From the NCBI GenBank assembly GCA_043826455.1, contig JBDRQD010000023.1, positions 1 to 12,592 of the forward strand: a stretch of 12,592 bases of DNA, in the 5' to 3' direction. Of this stretch, positions 8,256-12,592 are shown one piece after another. Position numbers and translations under genes: made by a program. Source of the DNA: Candidatus Bathyarchaeota archaeon. Its GTDB lineage: Archaea > Thermoproteota > Bathyarchaeia > TCS64. The notes below the pieces were generated by a model that worked only from the letters and a program-made list of their open reading frames with translations, was not told the origin of the DNA and made no database searches. Positions within the stretch are counted from its first letter, which is position 1; every line of letters starts with the position of its first letter.

Positions 8256-9340
8256 GGGGGTTGTACTCCGTAGCGGGCTGAGATGTAGCAGCTTCCTTCG
8301 TGGCTGACCATGCAGGGGCCTACGGGGGTTTCGGGTGTGCACTGGGTGTTGTATAGGGGGCATTGGTGGGGGTAGATGATGGCTGTGAGGACGTCTCCGC
8401 AGCGGCAGCCGTGGGGCATCTCGTAGGTTTCCTCTTCTTGGATGTTGAAGCGGGTTTTGGCGTCGTGGTCGGCGTACTCGTCGCGGATGGCTAGGCCGCT
8501 GAGGGGTATGGTGCCTATGCCTCTCCAGGGGGCGTCCACTGGCTGGAAGACCTGGTCTAGGAGTCGTAGGGCGCGGGGTGTTCCTTCTGGTTTCACGGCT
8601 CGTTTGTAGCTGTTCTCTATTTCGCCTCGTCCTTCCTGTATTTGTTTGAGGATCATGGCGACGCTGAAGAGGATGTCGAGGGGCTCGAAGCCTGCGATGA
8701 CCTGGGGGACGTGGTAGCGGTCGGATACGCCTCGGTATCCTTGTTCGCCTATGATGGTTGATACGTGGCCTGGGTCTATGAAGCCGTCTACGTGGGTGAG
8801 GCCTTGGGCGAGGAGGGCGTTCATGGCTGGGGGGATGAGGAGGTGGGCGCTGTAGGCGGTGAAGTTGGGTGGGGGGCCGGCTGCTAGTTCGGATGCTGTG
8901 GTGGGTGCTGTGGTTTCGAAGCCTACTGCGAAGTGGATGACTTGTTTGGTGGTTTTCTGGGCTATCTTGACGGCGTCGTGGATGCTGTAGACTATGCGTA
9001 TGTCGTGGCCTCTGGCTTTGGCGTCTTGGAGGCTGGTGTCTTGGGCTGGTACTCGGATCATGTCGCCGTAGGTGGTTACTGTGTGGCCTTGTTCGGCTAG
9101 TTTTATGGCTGTGGTGATCTTGTTGGGGGGTACTGTGCATACTGGGCAGCCTGGGCCCATGAGGACTTCGACGTTGGGTGGTAGCATGGTTCGTATGCCG
9201 TATTTGGTGATGGTGTCTTCGTGGGTGCCGCAGACGTGGACGATCCTGTAGGTGCGGTCCGGGTCTGCTAGCTGCGCTATGTATTTGGTTAGCTTGTTTG
9301 CTGTCTGGTTGTCGCGGAAGGCGTCCACGAAGCTGTACAT
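8252..9340 (-). CDS. hypD: [NiFe]-hydrogenase maturation protein HypD
   Basis: HypD motifs VCGTHE, GPGCPVC, GFETTAP, DPGHVS and GFEPLD, with a C-terminal CRCGDV...CPLY..CTP..PVGPCMVSHEGSC. Start taken at ATG 9340 (MYSFVDAFRD). Confidence 0.97.
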   Translation of the reverse strand: MYSFVDAFRDNQTANKLTKYIAQLADPDRTYRIVHVCGTHEDTITKYGIRTMLPPNVEVLMGPGCPVCTVPPNKITTAIKLAEQGHTVTTYGDMIRVPAQDTSLQDAKARGHDIRIVYSIHDAVKIAQKTTKQVIHFAVGFETTAPTTASELAAGPPPNFTAYSAHLLIPPAMNALLAQGLTHVDGFIDPGHVSTIIGEQGYRGVSDRYHVPQVIAGFEPLDILFSVAMILKQIQEGRGEIENSYKRAVKPEGTPRALRLLDQVFQPVDAPWRGIGTIPLSGLAIRDEYADHDAKTRFNIQEEETYEMPHGCRCGDVLTAIIYPHQCPLYNTQCTPETPVGPCMVSHEGSCYISARYGVQPP

Positions 9341-9396
9341 GATAGACACCACAGAGGCATAGAATAAAAACAAACCCATGAGAAGGCTAGAGATGA

Positions 9397-9415
9397 GTAA
9401 ACCTTTTTATATAAA
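9397..9415 (+). promoter_or_regulatory. BRE/TATA promoter for the small methyltransferase; palindromic TATA could also serve hypD
   Basis: GTAAACCTTTTTATATAAA. TTTATATAAA (9406-9415) is a perfect palindrome between divergent genes. Confidence 0.55.
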
Positions 9416-9485
9416 TATAATTGTAACTTAAATCTAAAAAGACGCATTAATTCGATTAAAATATCTCTTTATCTATTACTAAAGC

Positions 9486-10133
9486 ATGGCACGCTATCCT
9501 ATTTCTCATAATGGTTCTAAGAAATTGGGGGAATATTTCAAAGAGATCATAGAACTCCATGTTCCTCCATCTAAAGAAACTAGAATACTTGACCCTACAT
9601 GTGGAAAAAAACATCTCTGGACAAACTTCTATGCACCAAACCTCAAGGGCGATACTCCAATCAATAATTATGGTGAAGTTATTTTCTCGGACATTATTGA
9701 CTATGGTCAGGATATTGTGTCAGATATTAGGAACCTAGAATTTAATGAACCATTCAATTGTATAATATACGATCCACCGTATCTCTTTGGTTATAAAGGG
9801 TCTAATGATCCACGGCGAAAAGATTATGGTGATTATCTTCAGAATTACGAAGATCTTGTTTGGTTCATGGATTTTGCTAATAAAAGATTTCCAGAATGGT
9901 TAACCAGTGACGGAAAAATCATTGTAAAATGTTCAGATCAATACCAGACTAAGGAAAGAAAATTTTATTGTCATCATAATACTTGGATTAATAAGCTATC
10001 TAATTTTGATATCATTGATCTCATGATATTCACGCACCACAGGATATCTCCAACGGCTTTCCAAGTCAAGAACAGGCCATGCTCCGTGATAATGCACACA
10101 TACTTCTTAGTGTTTCAGAAACGCGTCCAATGA
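9486..10133 (+). CDS. Small SAM-dependent DNA amino-methyltransferase (m6A or m4C), specificity unknown
   Basis: Motif I ILDPTCG (9585-9605) precedes motif IV IIYDPPY (DPPY 9771-9782), then L..DGKIIVKCSD and a terminal HTYFLVFQK. At 215 aa there is little room for a target-recognition domain. Confidence 0.8.
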   Translation: MARYPISHNGSKKLGEYFKEIIELHVPPSKETRILDPTCGKKHLWTNFYAPNLKGDTPINNYGEVIFSDIIDYGQDIVSDIRNLEFNEPFNCIIYDPPYLFGYKGSNDPRRKDYGDYLQNYEDLVWFMDFANKRFPEWLTSDGKIIVKCSDQYQTKERKFYCHHNTWINKLSNFDIIDLMIFTHHRISPTAFQVKNRPCSVIMHTYFLVFQKRVQ

Positions 10134-10955
10134 GAATTTATTGATATTAGTGACCAGAATTTCATCAACAGGCCCACGCTTATCAGCTACAGAGTTGATA
10201 GCTCGATTCGCTTTAACTATATCAACACTAAAACTATCAACCTCACGATACTTATCCACAAGCGTCTCAACATAGGAGTTGCTCAAAACAAAGAGCACTC
10301 CTTTATCATCTAAACTTACACAAGTATCACGAAGCCGAATCTGGTCATCAAAACTGAACCCATCTTTTGAGTATGATGTGAAATCAGCGGTATCACTCAC
10401 AGGTAAATACGGGGGATCAAAGTAGCAGAGATCCCCTTCCTTAGAATAATCGATTACATAGGTGAAATCTGTGCAAAGTACCTCGATATTCTTCAAGATC
10501 TGACTTGCTTCAGATATTCTCTTCTCGTCAACTATAGTGGGGTTCTTGTAGCGTCCAAAGGGCACATTGAATTTTCCCTTCGAGTTCACTCTGTAAAGCC
10601 CATTGAAAGCTGTCTTATTTAGATAGAGAAGAAGCGAGGCATCTTCAATGTCTGAGAGCCCAGGTTCGTTGAAGCGTTCCCTGAGCCGATAGAACTCATC
10701 TTTATCATGGCGGTAGGTCTTGGCTAGCTCTATGAGTTCATCGGGATTATCTCTCACTACCCTGTAGAAGCTCATTAGCCGAGGGTTTACATCGTTGATA
10801 GATCCTTGCTTAGGTTTTATCTTGAAGAAGACGGCCCCTCCCCCAAAAAAGGGCTCATGAAAGGCTCTCTGTTTGTAGTCTCTGGGAAATTGAGCTAGGA
10901 TGTTGGGTATTAATTGTCTTTTTCCTCCAGCCCATTTCAGGATCGGATCCGCCAT
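10107..10955 (-). CDS. dam: Dam/DpnM-family (alpha class, D12) DNA adenine methyltransferase, probably GATC-specific
   Basis: LKWAGGK, EPFFGGGAVFF, INDVN, YLNKTAFNGLYRVNSKGKFNVPFGRY (GATC-recognition region of Dam/DpnM), YFDPPY and LSNS. GGAGA SD 5 nt before the ATG. Confidence 0.95.
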   Translation of the reverse strand: MADPILKWAGGKRQLIPNILAQFPRDYKQRAFHEPFFGGGAVFFKIKPKQGSINDVNPRLMSFYRVVRDNPDELIELAKTYRHDKDEFYRLRERFNEPGLSDIEDASLLLYLNKTAFNGLYRVNSKGKFNVPFGRYKNPTIVDEKRISEASQILKNIEVLCTDFTYVIDYSKEGDLCYFDPPYLPVSDTADFTSYSKDGFSFDDQIRLRDTCVSLDDKGVLFVLSNSYVETLVDKYREVDSFSVDIVKANRAINSVADKRGPVDEILVTNINKFSLDAFLKH

Positions 10956-10983
10956 ATTATCTCCATATCATCCTTGTCATCCC

Positions 10984-12075
10984 TTAAAAATCCTCAAGGC
11001 GTTTAGCCTTCTGTCCAAATGATACTAGCTTGATATTTGCCTTGAACTCTCGTGGGATATAACTTTCAGAATTGCTCTTAAACGATGGAGCGTAGAGGTA
11101 AAGAGCGATTCTGTCTAGCTCGTCTGGTGCAATTTTTTGAAGCCATTTACCGTATCGGACTAATTGCTCAACCTCAGCTTTACCTGAACCTCGGTATTTT
11201 AACTCGATGATGATGTTCGGGATGGTTCCATCTCTTATTTTATCATCTGAATAGTAGGTTATGTCTGCTCTATCCATCTGTGAGGGTTTGAAAGGTGATA
11301 TTGGTATTTGTCGGCAAAGTGTCCAATCCTCTTTTGGGTTCAGAATTGGTGGTAGTAGGCCTGGGTTCGCTAAGACGGAGGTTTCTAAGTGAGACTCAGT
11401 GGTAGCTTCTTCCACCTTTGATATTCCATATTCGGGTTTGAATGGAATGAGGTCTCCTTCTAATTGTATCGTCTCTTTTGTTCCTTTGAAGATATTATCT
11501 CTAGATTTCTCCATGAGCCTTAGCAGAATATCAACTTCGCCGGGTGTCAAGGTGCAGAAACTCATGTTTTGGATAGCGTTTGATGGTAAAGGATATGGGT
11601 ATGAGCCTAGCTCGAAGTATAGGTCATCTGAGCTTATTGTCTGGCCTCTAAGCGAAAGTCTATCTGAGAACCTTATGAGATAAGGTTGACAGCGCTCTTT
11701 TCTGTCATCTTGGACTTGTCGTAAGAAGATGCCAGGGGTTTCTGTAGGGTCGTATATCGTTCTCTTTGACTCATCCCAGACAAGGGGTGCATTGGCTTTT
11801 TTTCCTATTGGGAAGAATGACCCATTGAGGTAATAGGCTCCGTAATGTTTTGAGCCTTCTATTTGTCCCCCATAGATAATTTTACGTTTCATGAAGAAGA
11901 AGACATGTGTGCCTTCTCTGCCACAGGAGTAGTCTGCTAAGGCAGGATAATGATTGCTTCTAGGGCCGATTACTCCATTATTGTATGGCATGAGGAAGCT
12001 GTAGATTCCTCTGTCAAGATAAAGGTTCAAGGTATCAATATCGTATAACGTAATGAAAAATCCAGAGTTAAGCAT
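10984..12075 (-). CDS. Putative restriction endonuclease: N-terminal PUA-like (EVE/DCD-type) domain plus C-terminal PD-(D/E)xK nuclease (NucS/Mrr-like)
   Basis: C-terminus ESHLE...RADI...IIIELK...EVEQLVRY..WL fits E-D-ExK-QxxxY. N-terminus FFIT..TLNLYLDRGIYS...EGTHVFFF..KIIYG...W...PYLIRF...SFCTLTPGEVDIL resembles the EVE/DCD pattern (by eye). Confidence 0.72.
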   Translation of the reverse strand: MLNSGFFITLYDIDTLNLYLDRGIYSFLMPYNNGVIGPRSNHYPALADYSCGREGTHVFFFMKRKIIYGGQIEGSKHYGAYYLNGSFFPIGKKANAPLVWDESKRTIYDPTETPGIFLRQVQDDRKERCQPYLIRFSDRLSLRGQTISSDDLYFELGSYPYPLPSNAIQNMSFCTLTPGEVDILLRLMEKSRDNIFKGTKETIQLEGDLIPFKPEYGISKVEEATTESHLETSVLANPGLLPPILNPKEDWTLCRQIPISPFKPSQMDRADITYYSDDKIRDGTIPNIIIELKYRGSGKAEVEQLVRYGKWLQKIAPDELDRIALYLYAPSFKSNSESYIPREFKANIKLVSFGQKAKRLEDF

Positions 12076-12105
12076 GAAACCCCTAGTAACATTAGGTTTT
12101 TCTGA

Positions 12106-12120
12106 ATATATGAAATTTCA
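12106..12120 (-). promoter_or_regulatory. Possible promoter of the nuclease-dam operon with palindrome over the BRE
   Basis: Minus strand TGAAATTTCATATAT ~30 nt upstream of ATG 12075. TGAAATTTCA (12111-12120) is a perfect palindrome. Confidence 0.4.
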
Positions 12121-12188
12121 GGCTAAATAACATTTACTTAAAATTAAACGCATAGTTAAAAAATTTACTATATGTCTTCTGTTTTAAT

Positions 12189-12210
12189 AATAACCATTTT
12201 ATATATATTA
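12189..12210 (+). promoter_or_regulatory. BRE/TATA-like promoter of the terminal ORF
   Basis: AATAACCATTTTATATATATTA ~30 nt upstream of ATG 12235. Confidence 0.5.
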
Positions 12211-12234
12211 AAAGAAATAAAAATAGATATTATT

Positions 12235-12592
12235 ATGGCGAAATATTTTTCGGGAAAGACATTTTTTAAAGACAGGGGCGAAGAGTTTACCTCAATTCTA
12301 GATATAAAATTTGATAATAACCTATTCATCTATGTTTTTCCTGGTCGAATAACTAAGAATGACATTTGGATAAAGTTCAGAGATTTTAATGTCGCTACAA
12401 CACGAATTCGTACTCCTAGACACATTCATTGGGTTGTAGATTTATTGATTAAAAAAGATAAAGAAAACTCTCTATCTTCCCAGTTTTTATATTCAATGTT
12501 AGATAGATGGAAATCCATTAAACCTCTATCAGATAGGAAATACGATACAGTGCTTGAAAATTTAGTTCTATCTAGGAAAAATAATTTTCTCG
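12235..12592 (+). CDS. Hypothetical protein, 3'-truncated (at least 119 aa), not in the ORF track
   Basis: Hand translation is stop-free to the window end in very AT-rich DNA: MAKYFSGKTFFKDRGEEFTSILDIKFDNNLFIYVFPGRITKNDIWIKFRDFNVATTRIRTPRHIHWVVDLLIKKDKENSLSSQFLYSMLDRWKSIKPLSDRKYDTVLENLVLSRKNNFL. A TATA box sits at the expected distance. Confidence 0.85.
   Translation, partial: MAKYFSGKTFFKDRGEEFTSILDIKFDNNLFIYVFPGRITKNDIWIKFRDFNVATTRIRTPRHIHWVVDLLIKKDKENSLSSQFLYSMLDRWKSIKPLSDRKYDTVLENLVLSRKNNFL

Larger units (their letters stand above)
9360..12592. other. AT-rich putative horizontally acquired restriction-modification/defence island (right end outside window)
   Basis: Abrupt drop from visibly GC-rich to AT-rich sequence just upstream of hypD. 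Content is two DNA methyltransferases, a nuclease and an unknown ORF. No integrase, transposase or att site is seen. Confidence 0.75.

Noticed and set aside
8256..9140. Long Pro/Arg/His-rich N-terminal part of the 385-aa ORF, suggesting a frameshift fusion of hypD and acyP
   Set aside because: It is an alternative frame of hypD kept open by skewed codon usage. HypD is complete and AcyP has its own coupled ATG.
11399..11683. 94-aa antisense ORF within the nuclease gene
   Set aside because: No motif, promoter or SD support; fully antisense to a credible gene.
1..12592. CRISPR array, tRNA/rRNA, IS element, integrase or att site
   Set aside because: No spaced repeats, RNA-gene signatures, transposase/recombinase motifs or terminal repeats found by eye, and all intergenic gaps are under ~160 nt.

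Overview
Archaeal window (archaeal-type BRE/TATA promoters, GGTGA/GGAGG ribosome-binding sites; gene content and composition suggest Bathyarchaeia, which is inference only) with two compositionally distinct parts. Bases 1-~9350 are GC-rich metabolic DNA: a 5'-truncated class V aminotransferase, an MFS transporter, a tightly coupled minus-strand redox operon (aldo/keto reductase with Fe-S tail, DUF362-type Fe-S protein, F420-dependent LLM oxidoreductase, Isf-like Fe-S flavoprotein), a flavodoxin, a winged-HTH regulator, a Cys-rich 4Fe-4S protein, an orphan AbrB/MazE-type gene and a coupled hypD-acylphosphatase pair. From ~9360 to the end is an AT-rich, probably acquired defence island. It holds a putative PUA-like (EVE/DCD-type) reader fused to a PD-(D/E)xK nuclease, directly upstream of a Dam/DpnM-family methyltransferase. 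A second, minimal amino-methyltransferase overlaps the Dam gene convergently, and a divergent unannotated ORF (absent from the ORF track) runs off the window end. This nuclease plus two-methyltransferase module, with a sharply uneven GATC distribution, is the best candidate for an undescribed system.
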